A DNA stretch of 64,000 bases from an uncultured Nitrososphaerales archaeon (GTDB lineage: Archaea; Thermoproteota; Nitrososphaeria; Nitrososphaerales; Nitrososphaeraceae), in contig CAWBHQ010000023.1 in the NCBI GenBank assembly GCA_963788755.1, forward strand, positions 1,897 to 65,896, in the 5' to 3' direction. Below are positions 51,897 through 62,404 of the stretch, piece by piece. The position numbers were made by a program, and so were the translations under genes. The notes beneath the pieces were generated by a model. That model saw only the letters and a list, made by a program, of their open reading frames with translations, was not told where the DNA came from and made no database searches. Positions within the stretch are counted from its first letter, which is position 1; each line of letters begins with the position of its first letter.

Positions 51897-52319
51897 ATGG
51901 TTTACAGAAATATCGATTTGGCTATCCTAGAGAGGATTAATGAATTTATTAGCACTTTAAACCATGAGTCAGCAAATGGTTCCATAATAGTAGTCGAAGG
52001 GAAGCGTGATTCGGAAGCTCTCTCAAAGTTGGGGTTTGTTGGTACTGTTACTGAATATAATAGATTCAAAGGGGTTTTGAATTTTGTCGACAGTCATCAA
52101 ATTAGAGATAAAAAGATTATTCTTTTATTGGATATGGATCGAACAGGAAAATACTTGACAAGCAGACTAGTCTCTCTCCTTCAGCAAAGAGGTAGCAATG
52201 TAAATCTAACCTACAAAAAGAAATTATGCGAAATCACGAATGGAAAAGTCCGTCACATTGAAGACATAGGATCCTACCAGAACTTGTTGGGATCAAAGTT
52301 TTTGCCCAATTATTCTTGA
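51897..52319 (+). CDS. Stand-alone Toprim domain protein (UPF0292-like)
   Basis: VVEGKRD, LLDMDRTG. Confidence 0.85.
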   Translation: MVYRNIDLAILERINEFISTLNHESANGSIIVVEGKRDSEALSKLGFVGTVTEYNRFKGVLNFVDSHQIRDKKIILLLDMDRTGKYLTSRLVSLLQQRGSNVNLTYKKKLCEITNGKVRHIEDIGSYQNLLGSKFLPNYS

Positions 52320-52440
52320 CATTTTAGTTGTATCTCGCGCAGAGGAAACAAGCTGGGGAACCGTATATGGTGAGTTTGCTCCTTCAAAGCACTTATATTC
52401 TGGCCAGCTCACCTTACATTCACTTAATAATAATGAGGTT

Positions 52441-53717
52441 ATGAGATTGCCTAATACAGGTATTGTTAAATATCACGTTAAATTAAAATTCGAAGTAGAT
52501 GGACTGGTTGAGAAGGCGGATATAATAGGCGCCATTTTTGGGCAGACAGAGGGCCTTCTAGGACCGGAGATGAACCTGAATGAATTACAGAAAGTGTCAA
52601 AGGTAGGAAGAATTGAAGTAAATGTTGATACGAGATCCAACATAGCAAAAGGAGACGCTGTCATACCCATGAGTACTGATATCTCAACTGCTGCGTTGAT
52701 TGCGCGGCAATTGAAAGTATTGATAAGGTGGGTCCGTTTCAGGCAAAGTTCGTCCTTGTTGGGATAGATGACATCCGAGCAATAAAGAAAAAGATTATCG
52801 TAGACCGTGCAAAGAGGATAGTCCAAGAATGGGCAACCAAGACTATTAGCGAGGGGGAAGAAATGCTCAAAGACGTATATGATGCAAGCAAACCTGGTAA
52901 GCTCACGGCATTTGGGAAAGCACAGCTGGCTTGCGGTACAGGCGTTTTTGATTCTGATTGGATTATTTTGGTTGAAGGAAGAGCAGATGTCATAAACCTA
53001 CTTAGAGCTGGTTTCGACAATGCTATTGCAATAGAGGGAGCAAAAGTCGATGAAAGTATAATTAAATTAACTGAAGGTAAAAGAGTTGTAGCGTTTCTTG
53101 ACGGAGATAGGGCTGGTGATCTTATTTTAAAAGAACTGCATGGTCTAGTCAAGATAGATAAGGTGCTCAGAGCTCCCAACGGGAGAGAAGTAGAGGAATG
53201 CACCCCCCTCGAGATTGCAGAGATTTTACGTGAAGCCGTCAGTCATCCGGCTGTCGCACACCAACCCAGGTCTACTTCGAGCCAACAGTCGCATGATACA
53301 AAACACGATTATCGAAAACACGGAGATGAACCAGAACCTGTTCCTCACGCCTATGGAGGGCGTTCAACCAGGATCGCCGACCATGAGGGAGAGGACACTT
53401 TGCAAGCTGAACATAACCAAGAGATGGTTTTAAAGGTCCAAAACGTGTTTTCTGAAATAAATGAGACATTGGAAGCGGTGCTACTGGACGATTCAATGAG
53501 GATCATTGTGAAGGTACCTGTTTCAGATATTGTGAAGCAGCTAGGGGATAGTGAAGGCGGAAAATTTCTTGTTCTGGACGGGATCGTTACTCAGAGGCTC
53601 ATAGATGTTGCAGATCGAGCAGGAATTGAATACGTTGTGGGTCATCGAACCACCGCGAGCAAGAAGCCATCTACGGTCAAGGTACTTACTTTTGAAGAAT
53701 TGGGTATCCCCAATTAG
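52441..53717 (+). CDS. dnaG: Archaeal DnaG (exosome-associated primase-like), ~425 aa, 1 frameshift
   Basis: KADIIGAIFGQTEGLLG, IESIDKVGPF (after adding one base ~52704), VEGRADV, DGDRAG, DGIVTQRL. Confidence 0.94.
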
Positions 53718-54431
53718 ATGCATCCTAACCTGCAACTCATCCTCACTTTAGCACATTTGATGAAGTTCGGAAAAGGAGGAGTGTGTATTGAGATCACCAC
53801 TACAGAACTTGGTAGTATCATTAATAGGTCCCAACAATCCGCCTCGAAGTACCTTGTAGAGTTAGAGAAGGCAGGATTGCTAGAACGAACAAAAGCAGGT
53901 CAGAAATTCAGGATAATGATTACTGACAGAGGAGTTGACGAAGTAATTAATTTGCATGAGACTATCAAGAGTTCCGTGGAAGTCCTTGACAGATCAGGCT
54001 TGCAACTGGATGGTAAGGTTGTCTCGGGCATGGGAGAGGGAGCATACTACATGTCGTTGAATGGCTATCGAAGTCAATTTAATGAAAAACTTGGCTACGA
54101 ACCTTACGCTGGAACATTAAACTTGAAGCTACTCAATCAATCATCCATGCGGATGAGAAGTATGATGGACAATTATCCTTCAATATTCATTAGAGGATTT
54201 ACTGATTCTTCAAGATCCTATGGATGGGTTAAGTGTTACCCTGCCATCCTAAATGATGGGGCTCTAAATAAAGCTGCAGTTATAGTGTTGGAGAGGACTC
54301 ACTACGATAATAGCATGCTGGAAGTGATCGCACCTGTTTGTATCAAGGATTCATTAAGAATCAAAAATGGAGACTTTATCAAGGTATTTGTAACTATGAA
54401 CACAACTGGTCTTCAACTCGAGGCCACTTAA
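53718..54431 (+). CDS. ribK: CTP-dependent riboflavin kinase with N-terminal HTH (RbkR type)
   Basis: SQQSASKYL HTH; GKVVSGMGEGAYY, PYAGTLN, ERTHY, EVIAP. Confidence 0.93.
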   Translation: MHPNLQLILTLAHLMKFGKGGVCIEITTTELGSIINRSQQSASKYLVELEKAGLLERTKAGQKFRIMITDRGVDEVINLHETIKSSVEVLDRSGLQLDGKVVSGMGEGAYYMSLNGYRSQFNEKLGYEPYAGTLNLKLLNQSSMRMRSMMDNYPSIFIRGFTDSSRSYGWVKCYPAILNDGALNKAAVIVLERTHYDNSMLEVIAPVCIKDSLRIKNGDFIKVFVTMNTTGLQLEAT

Positions 54432-55084
54432 ATACCATAAATAGAATTCCCCATTTCATCCTTGATCTGTGAACTCTTAATACCAGGTACCGGCGTGTTC
54501 AATCTAATGATCCTTACTGTCAAGTTTCTATCCTTACAGTTCTCAGAGATCTCCTTCTCGCTGTGAATCTGATCGTAGCCTAAAGCTATAATATCCGGTG
54601 ATACCCGCTCTACCGTATCGTATAATGATACTTTACTCCCAATTATAGCTAGATCCACAAATGAGAGGGATGAAACCAGTTCCTTTCTCAAATTCTCACC
54701 ATGGTAAATCCTTCTCCCCTTCTTTATTTTGGCCACTGTAGATGTCCGAGCTACTACAACTACCAAGACATCCCCTTGTTGTTTTGCTGCCTTGAGAGTA
54801 TGGATATGGCCGGGATGAATTACATCAAAAACGCCGCCGACTAATACTACTTTTATGGCGTCCCTCCCTAAGAAGGTCAGTGTTGGTGAATTATTATCCT
54901 TCTCTAGCAAACCATTGGAAATTAAGTGTTCTACCTTTTCATTAAGTATACTTATTGGTATGTTAGTTCTTGACCTTAGTCTGTCAATATAATTGACGGT
55001 GGGCTCAATAGTACTTACATACACCGATGCTAATAGAGCTTTTTCAAAGGGGTCCATCCGCCTATCCAGACCCCTGATGTTCAT
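54428..55084 (-). CDS. ribL: FAD synthetase RibL with N-terminal wHTH-like extension
   Basis: GGVFDVIHPGH, VVVVAR, PDIIALGYDQ, KSSQIK; adjacent to ribK. Confidence 0.85.
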   Translation of the reverse strand: MNIRGLDRRMDPFEKALLASVYVSTIEPTVNYIDRLRSRTNIPISILNEKVEHLISNGLLEKDNNSPTLTFLGRDAIKVVLVGGVFDVIHPGHIHTLKAAKQQGDVLVVVVARTSTVAKIKKGRRIYHGENLRKELVSSLSFVDLAIIGSKVSLYDTVERVSPDIIALGYDQIHSEKEISENCKDRNLTVRIIRLNTPVPGIKSSQIKDEMGNSIYGI

Positions 55085-55162
55085 TATAAGCCCAATAATA
55101 TTTTTTCCAAATACTATATTCCGGTTAGCTAAGAGTCTTCCCTCTCATCCAACATGTGGCTG

Positions 55163-55447
55163 TCATCGAAGCTCTATAGATCGTTTGGAAATATGCTGAT
55201 CGGAAACGCACGTACGTATACATTCAGTTGATACAAATCTCAATTTTTCTGTTTTCAAGTGCCTTCCTGGAATTTTGTCTCTCTGCAGTACTAAAGTTAG
55301 CTTCATTTCAATCTCACTGCTATGAGTCCCACAGTATACACCCACCAAATATTCATCTTTTCCTTCCTGAACTGAAATTATGGAGGTGGGTGGGAGTGTA
55401 CAGCTGAAATATTTCTCCTGATGTGAACATTTCGTTGGAAGGGACAT
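55163..55447 (-). CDS. Small Cys/His-containing hypothetical protein
   Basis: 94 aa with CSH, C, CGTH, CIRTC; possible Zn binding. Confidence 0.6.
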   Translation of the reverse strand: MSLPTKCSHQEKYFSCTLPPTSIISVQEGKDEYLVGVYCGTHSSEIEMKLTLVLQRDKIPGRHLKTEKLRFVSTECIRTCVSDQHISKRSIELR

Positions 55448-55571
55448 TCAATAGTGGAATGTCTATTAGAAATATATGTCTATAAAAGTTTAAACTCTCA
55501 AAAATTCAGGAGACTCATATGCGCTATGACGATTATATCATCTTAAGAAGGCAGATCACCTCTCCCCCCAC

Positions 55572-55597
55572 TTTGGTATGACTTTTTGGCATGACTT
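55572..55597. promoter_or_regulatory. Tandem 13-bp direct repeat upstream of the histidine kinase
   Basis: TTTGGTATGACTT followed directly by TTTGGCATGACTT. Confidence 0.4.
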
Positions 55598-55633
55598 ATC
55601 TACTCGAAATGTATTTTAACTTTGTACTAACCA

Positions 55634-57451
55634 TTGGCGGGTATTATTTTTTCAAGAAAGAATATTGTACTTCTACTCGTTATTGCGCTTATAGGACTTT
55701 CTCTCTCCATTGTTACATTTAGATATTCGACATACACTGCAGAGGAAATTGCAAGAATTGCTTCCGTAGACGTTAGATCTAATGCTCGAATCGAAGCACA
55801 TGATCTCTCTCAGATTCTTCTGCACACGCTTGAATCCGTGACAAGCAATTTGAGATCATTGGCAAATTCACAACCAATCCATGATGGACATGTGAATGTT
55901 AGTCTAAGACTTCTTAACAATACACAGTCTTCTACTTCTGATCTCACTGAAGGGTACTACTGGTTGAACAAAGACGGTAATCTTGTCGCCTGGAGCAGCC
56001 AGAACACAAGCGAATTACAGGGGCGCAGTGGGTTTGATTTGAGCGACCAGGAGTTCTACAGGATTCCTCAAACTACCCACGTCCCTTATTACAGTAACGC
56101 CATTGATTCACCGGATATGCTTCCAAGATTATACATTTCATATCCAATCATCTCTACAAATAACAACGACACAAACGACACAGAGAACAAAACATCATTT
56201 GATGGTGTCATGGTTGCGGTTGTAAATCTGGATTCACTTGGAGCTTTTTTGCAGAATGAAATTTCACCTGAATTTATTAGCAATGTAGGCTTAATGGACA
56301 AGAACGGTACTATACTTTACGCCCGTAATCAATCTTTGGTCGGAAAAAACTATGAATCCGAAGACTTTCAGGCAACTGTTCCTGATCAAGTGAAATCTGA
56401 GTATATTGGAATTCTAACACACTCGTTGGAATCGAATCCAGGGGCCGAAGACATTACCTTCAATGGGACCACAACGACCATATCGTACCAGCCTATTAAT
56501 GTAGAGGGAAAACACATATGGACATTATTTTTAGGCTCACCGCATAATTTGGCAACCGACGTCGGACAAGTCATAGAACAACAAAAGAATTTGAGCAGCC
56601 AAATAATAATTGTAATTGCGCTAATAGCTGTAGGCGTTGCGATTCTGATCCTATCATGGAATAAGAAACTCGAAAAAGCAGTCCGCGAACGGACTAAGGA
56701 ATTAGAAAAGGCAAATGTTTCTCTTGGCGAATCAAATCGACTATTGGCTGGGACAAACGAGCAATTGCAAACACATGATAGAATGCAGAAGGAATTCATA
56801 GATATAGCAGCACATGAGCTCAGAACTCCCATAATTCCTATACTAAGCGAGGCTGAATTTCTTTCCCAGAGATTTGAGGGAAACCAGGGCCGAATCTTAG
56901 TAGGTGAAGAACAAATTCGATCAATAATTCTCAATGCCAAAAGACTAGATCGACTTGCCTCAGATATCTTGGATGTCACCAGAATTGAAAGCAAGACCCT
57001 CAAACTCAACAAGGAGAGCTTTGACTTAGATCATCTTATTCAAAGGGCAATAAGAGAAACGACTGAAAGACAATTGTCTGCTAATTCAAAAAACTTGGAA
57101 ATCATCTACGAACCATTCCATTGCAACATCTTTGCTGACAAGGCTAAAATTCTGCAAGTCATCACAAATCTGATTGATAACGCAGTAAAATTCACTGATG
57201 AAGGAAAAATCTCAGTAAGCGTGATTAGGATTAAAAAAGGAATAGAGATAACGATCAATGACACAGGTTCTGGGATAGAGAGTCAAATTATGCCCAAATT
57301 ATTCTCAAAATTTGTTTCGTCTTCGGAGAACGGAACAGGACTTGGACTATTTATATCAAAAAAGATAGTCGAAGCCCATGGTGGAACCATCTGGGCAGAG
57401 AATAATGAGGTTGGAGGGGCTACATTCAAGTTTACACTCCCCTTGAATTAG
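55634..57451 (+). CDS. Membrane sensor histidine kinase (dCache sensor, HisKA, HATPase_c)
   Basis: Two TM helices, AAHELRTP H-box, NLIDNAVKF, DTGSGI, GTGLGL. Confidence 0.93.
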   Translation: MAGIIFSRKNIVLLLVIALIGLSLSIVTFRYSTYTAEEIARIASVDVRSNARIEAHDLSQILLHTLESVTSNLRSLANSQPIHDGHVNVSLRLLNNTQSSTSDLTEGYYWLNKDGNLVAWSSQNTSELQGRSGFDLSDQEFYRIPQTTHVPYYSNAIDSPDMLPRLYISYPIISTNNNDTNDTENKTSFDGVMVAVVNLDSLGAFLQNEISPEFISNVGLMDKNGTILYARNQSLVGKNYESEDFQATVPDQVKSEYIGILTHSLESNPGAEDITFNGTTTTISYQPINVEGKHIWTLFLGSPHNLATDVGQVIEQQKNLSSQIIIVIALIAVGVAILILSWNKKLEKAVRERTKELEKANVSLGESNRLLAGTNEQLQTHDRMQKEFIDIAAHELRTPIIPILSEAEFLSQRFEGNQGRILVGEEQIRSIILNAKRLDRLASDILDVTRIESKTLKLNKESFDLDHLIQRAIRETTERQLSANSKNLEIIYEPFHCNIFADKAKILQVITNLIDNAVKFTDEGKISVSVIRIKKGIEITINDTGSGIESQIMPKLFSKFVSSSENGTGLGLFISKKIVEAHGGTIWAENNEVGGATFKFTLPLN

Positions 57452-57649
57452 TATATACATCTCATATAGTGGATTTACAAAAATTATGTTTATGTTGAAT
57501 CATAGTATAGCATACGGATAGTATATTCAAGTGATTTTTGTTTTAAGGCAATATGATGAACCTTTTGCACGGGCTAATGGAGGATAAGATTGCTAAGAGA
57601 TATGTTACTCATCTCTTAAATCCAATTAAGGGCAGTTTTGTACATATAT

Positions 57650-57823
57650 ATGCATCCCGAAGACCTGAAAATGATTTGGATATGCCAGGAATGTGATTCA
57701 CATTTCATTTTTCACGCAGACGTTAGTGATCACAGGGCACAAACAGGCCACACGCGAATTACAAAGGTGGATATGATCCTCTCTGATAGTCAGTCCACCT
57801 CGAATTACAAGTTTGATAGATAG
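57650..57823 (+). CDS. Small C2H2 zinc-finger protein
   Basis: CQECDSHFIFHADVSDHRAQTGH. Confidence 0.7.
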   Translation: MHPEDLKMIWICQECDSHFIFHADVSDHRAQTGHTRITKVDMILSDSQSTSNYKFDR

Positions 57824-58003
57824 TAGATTTCTCCTCCAGAGAGTGGACTTTCGCCCTACTATGATCACAACTAATTTAGCAATTTGCGAAAACAAGCCTT
57901 GAAAAAGGAACCGTATAATTCAACTGGAGAAGCCCTGTATAAAAAGTGGCTGTCATGTAACTGGTTATTTGATAAAATTAAATACTAGTAATTTTCTGGA
58001 ATA

Positions 58004-58537
58004 GTGATGATCAACAATCTTGATAGGACCTTGCTTCCTAGAATTATGGTTGTTGATGACGAAAAGGACATTCTCAGAATAATTAAGCGCGATCTCGAGT
58101 CTCCAATTTCCTCATCCTCAGCTTCAGAAACGAGGGCATCAAGTGATACGAGCATTTCCGATGTACAACAAAATGAAGGGTCTTCAAACCTAGGAGAAAT
58201 CGGAGAAGACGAAGCTAAAAAAGATGGAGATATTTTCAAGGTGGAGACTTTTACTAACGGCTGGAACGCGCTAGAAGCTTTAGATAGCCATCCACGTGAC
58301 TATTACGATCTTGTACTGACTGATATTCGAATGCCGCGGATAAATGGATTTGAGTTATACCGTAAGATTAAAGAGAAAAATCCCTCAATGAAAATCGTCT
58401 TCATCACAGCATTTGAGATAAATAAAGAAGAATTCAGCAAGGTACTCCCCTCCATAGATGTGAAAGATTTTATAATTAAGCCGATCAGCATGACGAATCT
58501 GAGAATTAAGCTGAAGGAGGTGCTGAAGGGCTATTGA
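58004..58537 (+). CDS. Stand-alone response-regulator receiver protein with a low-complexity insertion
   Basis: MVVDDEKDI, LTDIRMPRINGFEL, FITA, IIKP. Confidence 0.9.
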   Translation: MMINNLDRTLLPRIMVVDDEKDILRIIKRDLESPISSSSASETRASSDTSISDVQQNEGSSNLGEIGEDEAKKDGDIFKVETFTNGWNALEALDSHPRDYYDLVLTDIRMPRINGFELYRKIKEKNPSMKIVFITAFEINKEEFSKVLPSIDVKDFIIKPISMTNLRIKLKEVLKGY

Positions 58538-58559
58538 GTAGGTGTTATTTCAGTTATTT

Positions 58560-59982
58560 CTACCGATACTTATAGTGCTTTTCGAACAGATCCTGTGACT
58601 CCCTATATCTAGACCTCTCTACTTCTAACATCTGTTCCAGAGCTTCCCCGGCCTTAAGGATGAGAGGTTTTCCAGACCATTTATTTTCTAACAGGTAGTT
58701 AATCCATGCCCTGATAGTGGGTCCCATCCTTCTTGACAACGGTTCGAGGAAACCATTCACGATCTCACGCTTTGCAGAATCTCTATCTAATCCTCTACAC
58801 ATTAGATAGTATATTTGGGCCTCGTCAAGTTGTGCAACTGAAGCCGAATGAGTCGCTTTCACCTCATTAGTCTCGATCTCCAGACCTGGTATTGCATCAG
58901 ATTTTGCGTCCTTATCCAATAAAATAGCATGCCCGGCAAGATAGGATTCTGATGCTTTAGCATCTTTTCCTATCTTTATCATACCTTTAAACAAGGATTT
59001 TGATTTGTCGCGCATTACAGATTTAACCAACACTCGACCACGGGAATGACTGCCTATGTGGTTCAGGTTCGAAGTAATATCGAAGGATTGAGTAGAATTT
59101 CCGAATATGATTTCAACATCCTCCGCAGAGGACCCTGTGCCCCTCATGTTACTGTCTACCTTACTTCTAGAAGTTTGACCTCCAAATAGACCATGGTACC
59201 AAGACATCTTGGCATCCCGTTCAACCCATGCTTTCTTGTTCAAAAATGATATATTGTTTGAATCTAGAGCCTCAAGGGTTATCATCTCCAAATTAGACCC
59301 ATTACCAACGTGACATTCAGTTAATTCAAAAATTCCCTGCTGTACACTTGAAGACCCAGTAGTGCTAGGAGAATATAATTCCTGAACGATAGTGCATTTC
59401 GAGCCTTCATCGGCGATAAACAGATTGCGACTGATAGAAGATGAATTATCCTGACTGAGCGCACAAACTAGTCTAATAGGATTATCGACAACAACGTTCT
59501 TAGGTACGTAAACAAAAATCCCTGAGCTGAAGGCAGACGCTTCAAGGGCCGAAAACTTATCTTCGTCGTGCCCCCCTGTATGTTTCAGTAGGACGTCCTT
59601 AATTTTTCCCTCGTGACTTTTGACCGCTTTGGCAAGGTCCTCAATGATTACAGCATCTCCTCCTGATCCCATTTCACTTAGATTGAGCTTGATTATTGTA
59701 GATCCGACCCTTATTAGCCCGACATCTTTACCTAGTTCATTCATTCTATCCGCTAAAAAGTCGCTTGCTTCCGATGAATTAGAGGCAATCGGGCAGCTCT
59801 ATGCGATCAGGATAAAGTCGATTAACGTCGGAATACTTGGAATATAAGGGGGAAATTTCGGATGGAAGGGACTGGTATTTTGCGAAGTTCTGCGCTCTCA
59901 AATGATTCATCCATTCAGGCTCGTCATAGAGTGACGATAGAGAATGAATATCATCTAAGCTCAAAGATGATAGACTCGGCAA
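58560..59982 (-). CDS. sufD: Fe-S cluster assembly protein SufD, ~473 aa, 1 frameshift
   Basis: DKFSAL, FKGMIKI, DAIPGLEIETNEVKATHSASV, YYLMCRGL; removing C59794 joins the ORFs. Confidence 0.92.
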
Positions 59983-60023
59983 TACTATTTCACCCTATCA
60001 CATATCAAATCATGAAATTGAAA

Positions 60024-61424
60024 TTAGCCTACCGACCCTTCCATTTCGAGCTTAACTAACCTGTTCAGCTCTACTGCATATTCCATCGGGAGCTCTTTTG
60101 TGAATGGCTCCATGAATCCTCCAACTATGAGAGACAAGGCATCTGATTCCGTAAATCCTCTGCTCATTAGGTAGAATATTTGATCATCTCCTATTCTGCC
60201 TACACTTGCCTCATGGGAAATGGTAGCATCCTCTTCATTTACTTCTACATAAGGATAAGTGTCTGTTCTAGAAGTTTCATCTAGGAGAAGTGCATCACAT
60301 CTGACATTAGATTTAACCCCATTTGCACCTTTTGCGACATGCAATAGCCCTCTATATGTTGTTCTTCCTGAGTCTTTACTAACAGATTTGCTTGTAATTC
60401 GGGAGGTAGTATTGGAAGCCAAATGTACTGCTTTTGCCCCAGCATCCTGATGTTGACCTGCACCAGCAAAAGCCACCGATACTACCTCAGCATGAGCATT
60501 TCGTCCTAACATGTATACCCCTGGATACTTCATCGTAAGCTTACTTCCTAGGTTGCCGTCTATCCATTCGACTGTGGCATTCTCATATGCATATGCCCTT
60601 TTTGTTACTAGATTATAGACATCCTTACTCCAATTTTGGATTGTAGTATATCGGATCTTTGCTCCCTTCTTTGCCACTAACTCCACAACAGCAGAATGCA
60701 ATGATTCAGTAGAATAAATAGGGGCAGTACATCCTTCGATATAATGAACTTCTGCACCCTCATCAGCGACTATAAGTGTTCTTTCAAATTGACCTATGTT
60801 TTCTGCATTTATTCTAAAGTAAGCCTGCAATGGAAGGTCCACTTTCACATTTGGTGGCACGTAGATGAACGAACCACCTGACCAGACTGCACTATTCAAG
60901 GCGGCAAACTTGTTGTCTTCAGGGGGGATTATTTTCCCAAAATACTTCCTTAGCAGATCTGGATGCATTTTTACCGCAGTATCAGTATCCACAAATATCA
61001 CCCCTTGACTAGCTAGATCTTCGCGAAGGTTGTGATATACCACTTCTGATTGGTACTGTGCACCTACCCCGGCCAAGAACTTCCTTTCTGCTTCTGGGAT
61101 TCCTAACTTCTCGAACGTATTTCGCACTGATTCTGGCACATCTTCCCAACTTTTGCCTTGTTTTTCTGACGCTTTCGCATAGTAGAAAATATTCTGGAAG
61201 TCAATTTTTGACAGGTTACCGCCCCAATTAGGCATAGGCTTACTCATGAAAACATCGTAGGAGCGCAGCCTAAATTGTTTCATCCATTCTGGTTCGTCTT
61301 TTAGCCGACTAATCTCTTCAACAGTTTCTCTAGCAAGCCCTTTCTTACTTAAATAAACGTACTGATCAATTGAATCCTTAAAGTCATACTTACTATAATC
61401 CATATTCAGATTTTCAGTAGTCAT
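60024..61424 (-). CDS. sufB: Fe-S cluster assembly protein SufB
   Basis: [40 protein letters not shown]. Confidence 0.96.
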   Translation of the reverse strand: MTTENLNMDYSKYDFKDSIDQYVYLSKKGLARETVEEISRLKDEPEWMKQFRLRSYDVFMSKPMPNWGGNLSKIDFQNIFYYAKASEKQGKSWEDVPESVRNTFEKLGIPEAERKFLAGVGAQYQSEVVYHNLREDLASQGVIFVDTDTAVKMHPDLLRKYFGKIIPPEDNKFAALNSAVWSGGSFIYVPPNVKVDLPLQAYFRINAENIGQFERTLIVADEGAEVHYIEGCTAPIYSTESLHSAVVELVAKKGAKIRYTTIQNWSKDVYNLVTKRAYAYENATVEWIDGNLGSKLTMKYPGVYMLGRNAHAEVVSVAFAGAGQHQDAGAKAVHLASNTTSRITSKSVSKDSGRTTYRGLLHVAKGANGVKSNVRCDALLLDETSRTDTYPYVEVNEEDATISHEASVGRIGDDQIFYLMSRGFTESDALSLIVGGFMEPFTKELPMEYAVELNRLVKLEMEGSVG

Positions 61425-61588
61425 ATTATTTTATAACGCCGTTATTTCTTATATATATTTTGTTAAATTATGAAACAATTCAGAGCAAATTTCTGATGAG
61501 AATAGATAGCCATTGATGACCGGCTCTGCATCCAAATCAAATAGCCGCCACTGATATATATGGATACAGATGGTTCTTCCGGCTTTTC

Positions 61589-62404
61589 TCAGATTAATTT
61601 GGATGCTTCTACTATGCCAGTGAAGGGTATGTTCTACTGCCTCAATGATTGGACCCGAGGTATGTTTCTTTAGCTCATGTGGTTGTCTTATGTCCAATTG
61701 AGACCAAACCATTCAAATGCCTAAGGTAGATCAATTCATCACGACTTACTTCCCTTTCTACGATCTGGAATAAGGCTCTTACCGATGAAGGGCTTGTAAA
61801 ACCAACTGCATCTACCCTCCTTTCTCTTAATAGATTAAAAAACCACTTCCATTCATTGTCAATCGTTGAATTGGTACTGTATCATAAAGATGAAATTGGT
61901 CCACAGCAAATCCCAGATTTGAGAGGGAAAGCACAATTTTACTGTCTCCGAGCTGACTTCGTGGTATGACGATTCTGTGCATTTGTCCCTTGTACTCGGA
62001 AAGACACTCAATCAATCCATGGGTATTGAACATTTCAGGCACCATTACAGAATCGATCCCGTAGTGTGAGAGCTTTTCTTTGGTTCTTGGACCAATACAA
62101 ATAGTTCTAATCGAACGTAGTTTAGATATTAGGGTTAACATGTTTCCAGTGCTATCAGCATTTTTCATAAGGATGTCTACTGCATTTACACTTAGAAACA
62201 CACAGGCTTCATAATTATTTTGAATAATCCGTGAGACTATGCGCTCTAATTCAAGATAAGGTTTAGGAAAAATGACTATGGATTTAAGAAAAATGACACG
62301 TCCATCCATAATTCTCCATAGCCTTCTTGAAATTCTGCCAGATGATGATAATTCTCGCGTAATTGCAAAGACCGCATCGCTTTGTGGTCCCCAGACTTAA
62401 CCAT
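61589..62404 (-). CDS. hemD: Uroporphyrinogen-III synthase, several frameshifts
   Basis: FAITR, FLSVNAV, CIGPRT, IPRS, LYDT, then in other frames VDAVGFTSPSSV, SIGHKT, EHTL; follows hemC-cobA. Ends approximate. Confidence 0.8.

Noticed and set aside
157-62404. Mass pseudogenisation or programmed frameshifting
   Set aside because: Breaks hit essential genes (pheT, kae1, pth2, sufD, dnaG), are single-base, restore full-length proteins when repaired, lack slippery heptamers and share an error motif. Sequencing error fits best.
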